Source: Spirochaetota bacterium (GTDB lineage: Bacteria > Spirochaetota > UBA4802 > UBA5550). From it: a stretch of 64,000 nt of DNA. Positions 48,853-59,611 of the stretch are shown one piece after another. Position 1 is the first letter of the stretch; every line of letters begins with the position of its first letter. The stretch covers positions 2,976,001 through 3,040,000 of the forward strand of contig OY760686.1 of assembly GCA_963663865.1 (NCBI GenBank), given 5' to 3'. The position numbers were made by a program, and so were the translations under genes. Under the pieces are notes generated by a model, which was not told where the DNA came from, searched no databases, and saw only the letters and a list, made by a program, of their open reading frames with translations.

Positions 48853-49962
48853 ATGAGAAAGATTTCCCTACTATTAGCCTCTCTCGCGCTAATAGCCGTA
48901 TCCGGCCCGCTGTTCGCAGGCAAGATTCAATACAGCGGAACGGCCCCGACTATCAGCACAGGCAACGCTGCAATCGACAGTGTTCTCAACGCTCAGCTTC
49001 AGGCGACATTCGACCAGCTGCTTGTTCAGGCGACTGATCAGCTCGACAACATCAACGACATGCCTGATTTCATGAAGTCCATGTCTACAGCAAACGCTTT
49101 CACCTCACACGCCGCGACGCAGAGAAACTTCCAGAACTACGACATCTTCGCCATCTCAATCGGTACAATGGGAAGCGCTGTTGTTCCCGGTCTGTCAACA
49201 GATAAATTAGGAAATGTAGCTGATGATCTGACGGACGAAGGTGACGCTGAAGTCGGGGCCGCGTGGCAGACATGGGCCGCCCAGATCGGCATAAACGCGG
49301 GCTTCCTCCTCGATGGGCTTTATCTCGGCGCCAAGATTGGTATGCTCAACGATCAGAAATTACCGGGGACAGACAAATTCAAGTTCGACTCGATGAACCT
49401 GGGTCTGCTTGCCAACTATGAGATAATGAAGGAGCGTTCGCTTCTGGGAGCGCTTGTCTGGAGAGGGCTCTCTTTCGGAACAGGCGTCATCTACCAGGCA
49501 AACAAAACAGATTTTCAGTTTAACGCCGGAAGCAAGTCGCTGACAAACACGGTAAGCGGCTATGACTACACAATGGAAATTGACCCTGACCTTCTCTTCA
49601 AGATGGAGTCTTCATCGGTCGTAATACCATTTGAAATATCGACCGCTGTGAGGATTCTCTGGGCTCTCAACCTATCGGTCGGAGCCGGATTTGACCTCAA
49701 CTTCGGTAAAACCGAGATCAGTATCGGAAGTAGAGCCGATGTCGACCTTGAGATGACCGGAGTAAGCGACGACATGACGACTCCGGGGCTTGTAACCGCT
49801 GATGCCAGCATAAAAAGCCAAAATGCCGAGCTTTTCACTCCAAAGCTCACCGCCGGTTTCGGCCTGGGCATGGGCCCTGTCATGATAGATATTCCAGCAA
49901 CTTTGTACTTCGGAAGCACCACCGCTTTCAGCGTTGGCCTTACTGCCGGTATTGTATTCTAA
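48853..49962 (+). CDS. Putative outer-membrane protein (spirochaete Lsa36-like, tentative)
   Basis: Signal peptide, helical N-domain, amphipathic strands, terminal Phe; GGAGG RBS. Confidence 0.6.
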   Translation: MRKISLLLASLALIAVSGPLFAGKIQYSGTAPTISTGNAAIDSVLNAQLQATFDQLLVQATDQLDNINDMPDFMKSMSTANAFTSHAATQRNFQNYDIFAISIGTMGSAVVPGLSTDKLGNVADDLTDEGDAEVGAAWQTWAAQIGINAGFLLDGLYLGAKIGMLNDQKLPGTDKFKFDSMNLGLLANYEIMKERSLLGALVWRGLSFGTGVIYQANKTDFQFNAGSKSLTNTVSGYDYTMEIDPDLLFKMESSSVVIPFEISTAVRILWALNLSVGAGFDLNFGKTEISIGSRADVDLEMTGVSDDMTTPGLVTADASIKSQNAELFTPKLTAGFGLGMGPVMIDIPATLYFGSTTAFSVGLTAGIVF

Positions 49963-50001
49963 ACCCGTCTTTGATATATGAGCCGGCTAATCCGGCGCTT
50001 C

Positions 50002-50028
50002 AAACCCCGGTCATCAGGCCGGGGTTTT
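50002..50028 (+). terminator. Intrinsic terminator
   Basis: AAACCCCGGTC-ATCA-GGCCGGGGTTTT. Confidence 0.75.
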
Positions 50029-50202
50029 GTTACTATGGAGCACATTTTCATCCAATGCAGCAATAAAGTTATTGATAAATCGGGGCACATGTAACATAGT
50101 GATTTGCGTTCGGGCGTCTCAGCCCTGGTATTGAATTTCAGTTCATTACTTGATATATTCACTTAATTGTCTCAAATAATATCTGAACAGCAGGAAGCGG
50201 AA

Positions 50203-50562
50203 ATGGCTAAAGCTCTGATAGTTGACGACTCAAAGTTTATGAGAAGGATAATACGGTCTGCACTCGAAGAGGCGGGCTTTGAGGTTATAGCAGAAGCTGA
50301 TAACGGCGGAGACGGCGTTAATGCGTATAAGGAACTTAAGCCGGATTTTGTCACAATGGACATAACCATGGGCGGCAAGGACGGTATGAAGGCTGCCAAA
50401 GAGATACATTCGTTCGACAATTCGGCGCGCATAATCGTCATCTCAGCGCTCAATGAGAACAGTATAAGGCTCAATGAGCCTGACATGACAGCAACAGCCT
50501 TCATAACAAAACCCTTTGATAAAACAGAGCTGATTGAAGCAATAAAAAGCCTTCTTAGCTGA
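50203..50562 (+). CDS. Single-domain CheY-like response regulator
   Basis: LIVDDS, TMDITM, ISA and KPF motifs. Confidence 0.88.
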   Translation: MAKALIVDDSKFMRRIIRSALEEAGFEVIAEADNGGDGVNAYKELKPDFVTMDITMGGKDGMKAAKEIHSFDNSARIIVISALNENSIRLNEPDMTATAFITKPFDKTELIEAIKSLLS

Positions 50563-50570
50563 CAGCAGTC

Positions 50571-51629
50571 ATGCCAGAGAATCCTGTAAAACTATACGAC
50601 ATAAACACTGAACCCTCTTCCGCTTTCTTCATTGAAAGCGGTACTGTGTTTTTTTCGCCAAACACAGTTGACTGCTATTCGGTAAACGGCCGCAACGTCA
50701 TTGTCGGTGCGACTGAGATCATCGTCGGTCTCCTTGATGGAAGGGTCCCCATGCGCATTGAATCAGCAGCCGCAGAATGCGGATCTCAAATCAAGAGAAT
50801 ATCACGGGACAGCTTCATATCAAACCTCGAAGTCCCATCCTTTTCGCTGAACATATCAATGGTAATAGCCAAGCAGGTCCTACTCACCAACAATATAATT
50901 AGCGCAAACCTCTCGGCCCTGACATGCGATACCGACCTCATGAAAAACAGCGCGATAGAGTACTACAAAATCGTGGAACGCCTGCGCGATGAATACAACA
51001 AAAGGCGTTATCCATGGCTTTCCGCGCTCGTCAAAGAACTTGAATTGAGCCTGACCTGGAAAAAGGGCGAAGCATACGCCAGGTCATCGGACCCGGTGCT
51101 CGTTAATACGGCTTCATCAGCATCAGAAAGGGTTGTTGAATATCCCCGCGGAAGCGTCATCTTCGAAGAGAACACTCCCGGTTCGGAGATGTTCATCCTT
51201 CAGAGCGGAACGCTTGAGGTCTCCATAGCCGGGCGCAAGGCTGCGGTGATAGAACAGCCCGGAACAGTAATCGGTGAAATGGCACTCCTGCTGGGAGAGA
51301 AGCGTACCGCAACCATTAAGCCTGTCAATACAGCCGTCCTGACGAGAATTACGAGAGAAGAGCTCAAGCAGAGCGCGGCCAGGGGCGGAGAGATTCTGTC
51401 TGCTGTTCTTCACTCACTGGCGAAGAGGCACTACTTCAATATAATCAGACTGCACGATATCAACGAAAAAGCCGTTGACAAAGCCCTTGAGGAAGAGGAC
51501 GCACCCTCGCGGGAAGCAGCCACAGCGCGGCGGGCGGCTTCAGAGCTGAGAAAGATGAAGGACAGAATAACTCAGGCTGTGAAAGGAAAAGACACATCTT
51601 TCCTCAAAGACCTGCTAAACAGCTTCTGA
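50571..51629 (+). CDS. Cyclic-nucleotide-binding domain protein
   Basis: IFEE..GSEMFILQSG, GEMALL and RTATI motifs; a degenerate cNMP-like N-terminal domain. Confidence 0.8.
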   Translation: MPENPVKLYDINTEPSSAFFIESGTVFFSPNTVDCYSVNGRNVIVGATEIIVGLLDGRVPMRIESAAAECGSQIKRISRDSFISNLEVPSFSLNISMVIAKQVLLTNNIISANLSALTCDTDLMKNSAIEYYKIVERLRDEYNKRRYPWLSALVKELELSLTWKKGEAYARSSDPVLVNTASSASERVVEYPRGSVIFEENTPGSEMFILQSGTLEVSIAGRKAAVIEQPGTVIGEMALLLGEKRTATIKPVNTAVLTRITREELKQSAARGGEILSAVLHSLAKRHYFNIIRLHDINEKAVDKALEEEDAPSREAATARRAASELRKMKDRITQAVKGKDTSFLKDLLNSF

Positions 51630-51653
51630 AGGGGCCTCGCCCCCGCAGGACTG

Positions 51654-52172
51654 TTACACATCGGGAAAGTTTTTAGCCTCATCCTTAAGCCAATCCAGTT
51701 CAGCCACAAGGTGTTTCTGAAGATATTTCAAAAGATGAACATACGAGCTGCTGCTCTCGTCGCTCCTCTTGATCTTATCTGAGATACTCTCAATTTTTTC
51801 GCTTACAAGAGTGATCCGGTCATCAAGGAAAGATTCCTTCTGCTCATCCGAAAGAGCATTATAGAACATTAGAACTATATCGATATCAAAATGTATCAGA
51901 TTGTGGTCAAAATACTGCTTCAGCATTTTTTTGTAGTGCTTTCTGCCGGCGGGAAGGATTTCATACACATACCGCTCAGGGTTACCGCTCTCTTTTTCAG
52001 TCCCTACCCTTTTAACCCATTCATTTTCAACAGCCTTTTTAATGGCGTAATAGATTGAACCAAATTTAATATCAACGTAGTCTTCAAGACGTTCAACAAT
52101 TTTCTTTTTGATTTCATAGCCGTAGAGATTCCCTTCCATCAGAAGTCCAAGAATGGTAATTTCAATCTTCAT
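51654..52172 (-). CDS. PadR-family transcriptional regulator
   Basis: ILGLL, YGYEI, GSIYYA and YEILPAG motifs. Confidence 0.88.
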   Translation of the reverse strand: MKIEITILGLLMEGNLYGYEIKKKIVERLEDYVDIKFGSIYYAIKKAVENEWVKRVGTEKESGNPERYVYEILPAGRKHYKKMLKQYFDHNLIHFDIDIVLMFYNALSDEQKESFLDDRITLVSEKIESISDKIKRSDESSSSYVHLLKYLQKHLVAELDWLKDEAKNFPDV

Positions 52173-52623
52173 GCCGCCCCCTCGCTTTCATACAATATTT
52201 TTACCGCTTCCACTTCCAGTACTGAGAATGCTACTTAAAAAAGGGTTATATGGGCAATTATACAATCTGGAATATGGAAAATCAATAATAATTATTGAGT
52301 ATTTAAAAAAAATTCGTTTTTTATTTATCCTGTCGTTTTCATCTATATCATCCGTTCAGCTGTATGTAAAAATGCGATATCGGACCGATACATCGTTTCA
52401 GACTCACCAGGCGCCGCTCGGCCTTCCGCTTTTATACATTCACAGTCCCGGCAAAAAGAACTCGGGCGCATGGGGCTAAGAATATTCGGTTGAAAAATAT
52501 GGGGAGCTATAATAATGACGTTAAATATAGATGATTTCCCCCACATTCATTATATTCTATGAATCGGGACTCATAACTCAAATTCGGGCTGCGGCTTGAT
52601 ACAAAAAAAGCGGGATACTTAAG

Positions 52624-52941
52624 ATGCCTGGAGACAATAAAAGCGACTTCGGTTATGAAGCCGGTACCGACCTTGAAAACAGCGTCAGGGAGCCCCGGCT
52701 ATACCGTGTTATCATTCACAACGATCACTATACTACTATGGATTTTGTAGTGCAGGTCCTGATGGAAATTTTTAACATGCCTGCCGCTAAAGCTACTAAT
52801 ATCATGATGGACGTTCACAAAAAAGGGGCGGGAATCTGCGGCGTCTACACGAGGGACATCGCTGCTACAAAGGTGAGCCAGGTACACGAAATGGCAAAAC
52901 AGCACAGCTTCCCCCTCAAATGTTCGTTCGAGGAAGCTTAA
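52624..52941 (+). CDS. clpS: Clp protease adaptor ClpS
   Basis: NDHYTTMDFVV, VHKKG and FPLKC motifs. Confidence 0.95.
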   Translation: MPGDNKSDFGYEAGTDLENSVREPRLYRVIIHNDHYTTMDFVVQVLMEIFNMPAAKATNIMMDVHKKGAGICGVYTRDIAATKVSQVHEMAKQHSFPLKCSFEEA

Positions 52942-52962
52942 TTATACAGGAAACGTAATCTA

Positions 52963-55221
52963 ATGGAAATAAATAATCAGCTTAACATAGTTCTTATGGC
53001 CGCCTTCAACGAGGCCCAGAACAAACATCACGAGTACCTGACACCTGAGCACCTTCTCTACGCCGCGCTTTTTAATGATGAAGGCCTTAAAATTGTAGAA
53101 CTCGCAGGAGGCAGTTCCGAACGAATTATCGGGCGGCTCGAATCATTTTTTGAAAAACACATGACCACGACAGACAACGTTGAGCCTGTACAGTCGATAT
53201 CCTTCAAGAATATTATTGAAAGGGCAATCTGGCATACAACCACGGCTCAGAAGAAGGAGCTGGATATTGGCGATGTTTTTGTCTCACTGCTTGATGAAGA
53301 GGACTGCTTCGCAGCCTTCTTTCTGAAGCAGGAGGGCATAACCAGATATGATCTTCTCAATGTAATATCGCACGGCGTATCAATTTACCAGGACGACAGT
53401 GACCTTCCGGAAACAGAACCTGCCGGCGAGGAAGGGACAGAAGAAAGCTCTCCCCGCAAGAGCAGCCGAAAAGCGCTTGAATCATTTACGATTGACCTTA
53501 CTGCCAAAGCCCTTGAGGGCGCGATAGACCCTCTTATCGGCAGGGAAGATGTTCTTGAACGGACGGCGCAGGTTCTCTGCAGACGCGTTAAAAACAATCC
53601 AATCCACGTGGGAGAACCCGGAGTCGGCAAAACAGCAATTACAGAAGGGCTTGCGCAAAGAATTGCTTCCGGTGACGTCCCAAAACCTCTCTCAGGCAGC
53701 AAAATTCTTCAGCTTGATATGGGCTCAATCGTAGCAGGCACCCGCTTTCGGGGTGATTTTGAAGACCGCATGAAGAAAATCATATCTGACCTTCAGAAGA
53801 TGGAAAACGTAATCCTCTTCATTGACGAGATACATACCATCGTTGGTGCGGGCGCTGTTTCTGGCGGTGCAATGGACGCGTCCAATCTGCTCAAGCCGCT
53901 GCTTTCATCCGGCAAGGTAAGATGCATTGGATCAACTACCTACGAGGAATACAAAAAGTATTTTGAAAAGGACAGAGCCCTATCCAGGCGCTTTCAGAAA
54001 ATCGATATACCGGAACCGAGTGAACGTGAAACCGTAGAAATACTGCAAGGCCTTCGGGAACGATATGAGGACTTTCACGGTGTGGAATACCCTGAGGAAA
54101 CACTCGAGACAATCGTATCTCTGTCGGCTAAACATATCAATGACAGGCATCTACCCGATAAGGCCATTGATGTTCTCGACGAGGCCGGCTCATATGCGAG
54201 AATGAAACGGACTGAAAACGACACAACCGTTATCAAACCGGAAGATGTGGAAAGAATTATAGCCAGGATGGCCAGAATCCCGGAGAAAAGCGTATCGTCT
54301 TCCGAAAGTGTTAAGCTTAAAAATCTCGAAAAAGAACTCAAGTCGGTTATTTTCGGGCAGGATGAAGCTATTGAAAAAGTAACAGCGGCCATTAAAAAGG
54401 CAAGGGCCGGTTTCGCAAGCCCGCTTAAACCCATTGCTTCTTTCCTTTTTGCGGGGCCGACAGGTGTCGGGAAGACCGAGCTTGCGCGGCAGCTTGCCTC
54501 GGCAATGGGAGTTCCGATTCACCGTTTTGACATGAGCGAGTACCAGGAAAAACACACTGTCGCGAGACTGATCGGGGCCCCGCCCGGATATGTCGGCTAC
54601 GAAGAAGGCGGCCTGTTGACCGAGTCAATCCGAAACACACCTCACTGTGTGCTCCTTCTTGATGAAATTGAAAAAGCGCACCAGGATATTTTCAATACAC
54701 TGCTTCAGGTAATGGATTACGCCACCCTGACTGACAACTCCGGCCGCAAAGCTGACTTCAGAAACGTTATTATCATAATGACGTCTAATGCCGGGGCCCG
54801 CGATATCGGAAGATCAAAAATGGGATTTACCGACCGTTCAATAGACTCGGAGGCCGTCGACGAGGCCGTAGAGAGGTTCTTCTCCCCTGAATTCCGTAAC
54901 AGGCTTGACGCGGTTGTCAACTTTGCCGGTCTTTCCCGTGAAAACATACTCAGGATTGTCTCGAAAGCTGTTGATGAGTTCAAAGAGCAGCTTTCCGGAA
55001 AGGGAATCAGCCTGAACGTTACAGATGCCTGCCTCCAATTTATGGCCGACAGGGGATATTCACCCAAGTTCGGCGCAAGAGAGATTGCCCGCACAGTCGA
55101 GAACGCACTCAAGTCACATTTCATAGACCTCGTTCTCTTTGAAAACGTTGAACCGGGCACTCAGGCAACAGCAGATCTCGACGGCGACAAGATTGTTATA
55201 AGAACCGAAAAAAAGGATTAA
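52963..55221 (+). CDS. clpA: Clp protease ATP-binding subunit ClpA
   Basis: Two AAA+ modules, no M domain, MGF ClpP-docking loop; lies between clpS and aat. Confidence 0.93.
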   Translation: MEINNQLNIVLMAAFNEAQNKHHEYLTPEHLLYAALFNDEGLKIVELAGGSSERIIGRLESFFEKHMTTTDNVEPVQSISFKNIIERAIWHTTTAQKKELDIGDVFVSLLDEEDCFAAFFLKQEGITRYDLLNVISHGVSIYQDDSDLPETEPAGEEGTEESSPRKSSRKALESFTIDLTAKALEGAIDPLIGREDVLERTAQVLCRRVKNNPIHVGEPGVGKTAITEGLAQRIASGDVPKPLSGSKILQLDMGSIVAGTRFRGDFEDRMKKIISDLQKMENVILFIDEIHTIVGAGAVSGGAMDASNLLKPLLSSGKVRCIGSTTYEEYKKYFEKDRALSRRFQKIDIPEPSERETVEILQGLRERYEDFHGVEYPEETLETIVSLSAKHINDRHLPDKAIDVLDEAGSYARMKRTENDTTVIKPEDVERIIARMARIPEKSVSSSESVKLKNLEKELKSVIFGQDEAIEKVTAAIKKARAGFASPLKPIASFLFAGPTGVGKTELARQLASAMGVPIHRFDMSEYQEKHTVARLIGAPPGYVGYEEGGLLTESIRNTPHCVLLLDEIEKAHQDIFNTLLQVMDYATLTDNSGRKADFRNVIIIMTSNAGARDIGRSKMGFTDRSIDSEAVDEAVERFFSPEFRNRLDAVVNFAGLSRENILRIVSKAVDEFKEQLSGKGISLNVTDACLQFMADRGYSPKFGAREIARTVENALKSHFIDLVLFENVEPGTQATADLDGDKIVIRTEKKD

Positions 55222-55226
55222 GGACC

Positions 55227-55955
55227 TTGTACCGAGAAGACCTTCCCTTTCTGCTTAACAGGGACCCGATTTTTCCGCCTCCGGAACTTGCCACTAAATC
55301 GGGTCTGCTCGCCGTGGGAGGCGACCTTTCAACGGAACGCCTGATTGAGGCCTACAGAAACGGCATATTCCCCTGGTTCTCCGAGGGCGCCCCCCTTCAA
55401 TGGTGGGCCCCCGACCCAAGATTTGTGCTGTTTCCAAAGCATTTGAAAGTATCAAAATCTATGAAGCAGGTACTCAACCGCCAGATCTTCACAATAACAT
55501 TTAACAGAGCCTTTGAGGCCGTAATCTCAGCCTGTGCCGGCCCCAGAAGCGGTCAGCCAGGCACATGGATTACAGAGGATATGATAAAGGCTTATACGGA
55601 GCTTCACAGGCTTGGGTCCGCCCATTCTGTAGAGGCCTGGAAGGACGGAAAACTCTGCGGCGGACTCTACGGGATCGCTCTTGGCAAATGCTTTTTCGGG
55701 GAATCGATGTTTTCACGTGAAAGCAACGCCTCCAAGGCCGCGTTAATAACTATGGTAAAATCTCTTGAAGAGTACGGACTTGAACTTGTTGACTGTCAGG
55801 TTCACACGCCGCACCTTGAAAGCCTGGGGGCCTGTTTCATAAACAGGGATGATTTCATGCGCATTGTTTTAAAAAACAGGGGCTTGGAGACAATCAGCTT
55901 TTCCATGCCGGCCCGGGAGCACAGCTCCTTCGGACCTTCACTCAACGCTCACTGA
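55227..55955 (+). CDS. aat: Leucyl/phenylalanyl-tRNA--protein transferase
   Basis: GLLAVGGDL, GIFPW, AHSVE, FFGESMFS and DCQ motifs. Confidence 0.95.
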   Translation: MYREDLPFLLNRDPIFPPPELATKSGLLAVGGDLSTERLIEAYRNGIFPWFSEGAPLQWWAPDPRFVLFPKHLKVSKSMKQVLNRQIFTITFNRAFEAVISACAGPRSGQPGTWITEDMIKAYTELHRLGSAHSVEAWKDGKLCGGLYGIALGKCFFGESMFSRESNASKAALITMVKSLEEYGLELVDCQVHTPHLESLGACFINRDDFMRIVLKNRGLETISFSMPAREHSSFGPSLNAH

Positions 55956-58445
55956 CTCAAGCACCTCTTTGAGCTTTTCCCGCATGAACGGATAGAGCTT
56001 TCGGCCAGCGCCGCCGTCGAGAATGACAATACATTCAGGTTTTCTTACCGTGTAGACCTCCCTTACCATCGAATCGGGGCCCTTACCCGTAACCAGATAT
56101 TGTTCACCTCCCTCTTCCCATTTGTCTCTGACAGGAACGGCTCCATGATCGGCAAGCCACTTCCTGGCCTCATCCTTAAGAGCATTCTCACTGCCCTCAA
56201 ACGCGGCTATCCTGATATCGGCTACACCGCCCGGATGAGCAAAGACAGCTCCGGCTGCTCCAAATTCGGCCATCTTCTCCAAACGCACCCATCCAGAAGG
56301 AACGGTTACAGTTATCTTCAGATCTGAACCTGATATCTCATGTCTGTCGCCCGGGATTGCACTATCTCCGGTAGACCAGGATACGCGGGATATCTTCTGC
56401 AGCAGATACTCCGCCGCCTTTCTGTCAGTCATCTTATAGTTACGCTCATTCATTATCCATTTACCTATTATTACCGAGGGCGCCTTAAGCCTGGACGACA
56501 GGCCGGCCTCAACAAGCTGCATATCGGGAGCGTTCTTTAGCGCTACTCGCCTGCTGACAAAATGGGCCTTGAGAGCGCTTATGCCTGCGAGAGTTTCCAG
56601 CGCTGATGCAGTCAGCGCCTTACGGGCTTCTCCCTCAAGTTTCATTTTTTCAGGATGGAACTGCTTCATAACGTTTATAATCGACCCTGACGACACTGCT
56701 TTCGCGCATTCAGCTGAAACTAAGCCCTTTTCAATATCTTCATTAAATTTTTTAAACAGCAGTGCATAGTCTGTAAAAAAGCCTTCCGCGTATCCAAGCT
56801 TTTTCACAACATCAGCCTTGTACAGCGCTATGTCCGCAAGGGTCTCAAGCTCAAGAACAGAGCGGCTTTCAGCGAAATGCCTGACGCGATCTGCTTCAGC
56901 GGCCCGCATCTGACTAATATCAGCTGCGAACTTTCTGTATGATTCGACCGGTTTTGATTTAAAGATGCTTACTGCCTCAGCGGCTTCATGACGCATCTCT
57001 CGCGAAAAAAGAATAAACTCCCTGCTCCGCCTCCCCGTGATTACAGCCGGATAATTAGTTATTTCAATCAGGTAGCGGCTGATTCTTTCAGCCTTCAACG
57101 CAGAGGACCCAAAGTAATCGGAAATATACGCTGAACAGAGCGGAGTCAGCCCCTGCACCTCATCGCAAAGAGAGCTTACAAAGCGTGTATACTCATCAAG
57201 CTTTGCCAGTCTTTTTTCAACACGGCCTTTGCTGATATATTCGGGCTCCAATTTGAACGCGGATACCAGCTTAAGGAACCCCCGGCACCTCCCCCAGTAC
57301 TCAGAAGCCTCGTGAACCATTGCTTCAAATCGGACGCGCGCCGATCTGTAGTCAGGGTAGTTAATAAACCTTTCCCCAGCCGGCGCCTTCCTGACCCTTT
57401 CATTTTGAGTCTCATAGACGCGCCGGCCCGCTCCGGCGGCGCTCTCAATAATCCGTTCAGCCTTCCTTTCAGCAGCACTGAAGTCGTAATGCCTGCCTGC
57501 GGATGCGTATTTTAACGCGCTCTCCCTCAGACTGTTCAGGGAAGCAACAACCTCTATGCAGGGATATTCCGAAGGTACGACCAGACATTCACTGTCTCCG
57601 CCTGACTGACACTTTCCGGATGCTTCACCCACAGAGGCAATCTTTCTTTCGGCTGTAACACCGCCTTGAAACAATACCTTCTGCAATTCAGCGGGATTTT
57701 TGTATAGACGGTACAATTCCTCAGGCGACAAAATCTTTCCCGAAGGAAGCATCTTTCTAACCTCAAGCATCCTCGCGCATTCGTTCTCGAGGTGCATTCT
57801 CAGTTCAAACGCTGAAAATGTTCCATTAAAATCCGGCGATTCGGGAAAAGAGAGAGTCATTATCCCCCCCTTCTTTAAAAACAACTCGACAGACTCAGCC
57901 TCTGAAACTCCGGAATCCACTTCTTTTGTCAGCCTGGCGGCGAGCTCAGCCGAATAAATCTCCCGATGCGACGCAAACGCATTCATAAGAAGCTCAAGGC
58001 CGACTGATGCCTTCACCCGCAACCCGGCCTCGGCCGTCAAAAGACGTTCTGCTTCAACGGCTTCATCCCCCTGAAAAAAACGGGAAGCAATTTCGCCGGG
58101 TATTTCGCCCACTGCCCATTTTTTAAAAGATGCGTCGTAGAGGTACTCGTCCCCGGCTGATAGCAGCTGAAGCATGGAAAGGGCAACTGCCGACCGGGCG
58201 GCAGCATGTGTTCCGATACGAACTTCCCGACGGCCGTTGTCTGAATCGATGAGCTTCATGACATTCAAAGCAAGCTCGGCTTCTCTCTGAAATGCCGTTC
58301 TCAAGAATGGATTATCAGAGTACTTCTTCTCATTTTTCTCAATACGGCTTATATATGACTTCCACCAGTCAACCCTGCTCTGAGTTGAAGAATATGACGC
58401 CCCGCAGAAGAGAAGCATTGACACGCACAAAAGAACTTTTTTCAT
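55938..58445 (-). CDS. Large hypothetical exported protein
   Basis: Signal peptide from ATG 58445; long helical body; C-terminal alpha/beta domain (ITVTVPSGW...) reminiscent of PsbP-like folds. Confidence 0.6.
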   Translation of the reverse strand: MKKVLLCVSMLLFCGASYSSTQSRVDWWKSYISRIEKNEKKYSDNPFLRTAFQREAELALNVMKLIDSDNGRREVRIGTHAAARSAVALSMLQLLSAGDEYLYDASFKKWAVGEIPGEIASRFFQGDEAVEAERLLTAEAGLRVKASVGLELLMNAFASHREIYSAELAARLTKEVDSGVSEAESVELFLKKGGIMTLSFPESPDFNGTFSAFELRMHLENECARMLEVRKMLPSGKILSPEELYRLYKNPAELQKVLFQGGVTAERKIASVGEASGKCQSGGDSECLVVPSEYPCIEVVASLNSLRESALKYASAGRHYDFSAAERKAERIIESAAGAGRRVYETQNERVRKAPAGERFINYPDYRSARVRFEAMVHEASEYWGRCRGFLKLVSAFKLEPEYISKGRVEKRLAKLDEYTRFVSSLCDEVQGLTPLCSAYISDYFGSSALKAERISRYLIEITNYPAVITGRRSREFILFSREMRHEAAEAVSIFKSKPVESYRKFAADISQMRAAEADRVRHFAESRSVLELETLADIALYKADVVKKLGYAEGFFTDYALLFKKFNEDIEKGLVSAECAKAVSSGSIINVMKQFHPEKMKLEGEARKALTASALETLAGISALKAHFVSRRVALKNAPDMQLVEAGLSSRLKAPSVIIGKWIMNERNYKMTDRKAAEYLLQKISRVSWSTGDSAIPGDRHEISGSDLKITVTVPSGWVRLEKMAEFGAAGAVFAHPGGVADIRIAAFEGSENALKDEARKWLADHGAVPVRDKWEEGGEQYLVTGKGPDSMVREVYTVRKPECIVILDGGAGRKLYPFMREKLKEVLESVSVE

Positions 58446-58525
58446 TTGGCAAGGACTCCGTTTTGACTTTAGGGACAACCCCTGATCAAATTATCGTATG
58501 AATGTTTTGGAGGGATAAGTATAAA

Positions 58526-59611
58526 TTAGAAACGTATAGAGAATACAGTGCCGCCAGCTGAGCCGCAGGTCAAATCACCCTTCAGCTGAGAGACCAGAGC
58601 TTCGACAAGCTGGAGACCCAGCTTCCGGGCCGAACCCGCAACGTACGGCGGATCAATCCCTGCACCGTCATCAGCGACCTGAAGCTCCCTGTATCCGGAC
58701 GCGTCCCTTCTGAAGCGGATGAATATTCGCCCTTCAGCTCTATCCACAAAAGCATATTTCAGGGAGTTTGTGACCAGCTCGTTGAGAATCTGAGTGCACG
58801 GCATGGCCTCTTCAAGCCCGAGCATTGCACCCGAACTTTCGAGTTTCAGTTCCACATGAAGCCCTCTGCGGGCGTAACACTCTACGAGCTGTCCCGCAAG
58901 CTGTCCCGCGAACACTCCGAAATCTATTTCTCCAGGCGCACCTCCTGAGAGGATATTCTCGTGAAGCATGGCTATGGAACGGACGCGATGCTCACTCTCC
59001 CGCAGCAAAGTCTGACTTTTCTCATCTGTCGCGTTCAGGGCCTCCATGCTTATCAGCCCGGATATAATCTGCATACTGTTCTTCACCCTGTGGTGAATCT
59101 CCTTCAGCATCAGCTCCTTTTCCTTCAGTGTTCTCTCTGCGCGAATTGCAGATTTTGTGCGCTCTGAAAGCTCGTGTTCAAGCTCCCTGGTCCGGGCGCT
59201 AACTATGGATTCAAGCTGCTCCCTGTACAGTTCCAGCTCCTGTTCGTACTGTTTTCTTTTTATGACGCTCTGCAGCGTAAGGGCAAGTGTTTTAAGATAC
59301 GCTCCCTGCATGTCCCTCATTATAAAGTCATAAGCTCCCAGCTTGACCGCCCTTACCGCACAATCTTCTTCACCGGGCTTAGCGGATATGACAAGCGGAA
59401 CCGAGCTGACTCTTGATATCAGGCTCTCGGCTGTTCCCCCGGGAAGGGCGTAATCCGCCACTGCAACATCGTAACCGCCTTCATCAAGAAGATGACCCGC
59501 GTCCTCGAAATTTGTTGCAACAGAGTAATCGAATGGGAAATCGGGTTCAGAAGCTATCCCTGAAAGCAGCAGCGGATCTATTGGTTCACTGACTGCGAAT
59601 AAAATTTTCAC
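58526..59611 (-). CDS. Receiver domain + HisKA_2 histidine kinase
   Basis: REC (VADYALP), KEIHHRVKNSMQ, NELVTNSLKYA and DDGAG motifs. Confidence 0.88.
   Translation of the reverse strand: MKILFAVSEPIDPLLLSGIASEPDFPFDYSVATNFEDAGHLLDEGGYDVAVADYALPGGTAESLISRVSSVPLVISAKPGEEDCAVRAVKLGAYDFIMRDMQGAYLKTLALTLQSVIKRKQYEQELELYREQLESIVSARTRELEHELSERTKSAIRAERTLKEKELMLKEIHHRVKNSMQIISGLISMEALNATDEKSQTLLRESEHRVRSIAMLHENILSGGAPGEIDFGVFAGQLAGQLVECYARRGLHVELKLESSGAMLGLEEAMPCTQILNELVTNSLKYAFVDRAEGRIFIRFRRDASGYRELQVADDGAGIDPPYVAGSARKLGLQLVEALVSQLKGDLTCGSAGGTVFSIRF

Noticed and set aside
55711-55722. parS site (TTTCACGTGAAA)
   Set aside because: It lacks the outer TG/CA of the TGTTTCACGTGAAACA consensus (4 of 16 mismatches) and overlaps codons of the conserved GESMFS motif of aat.
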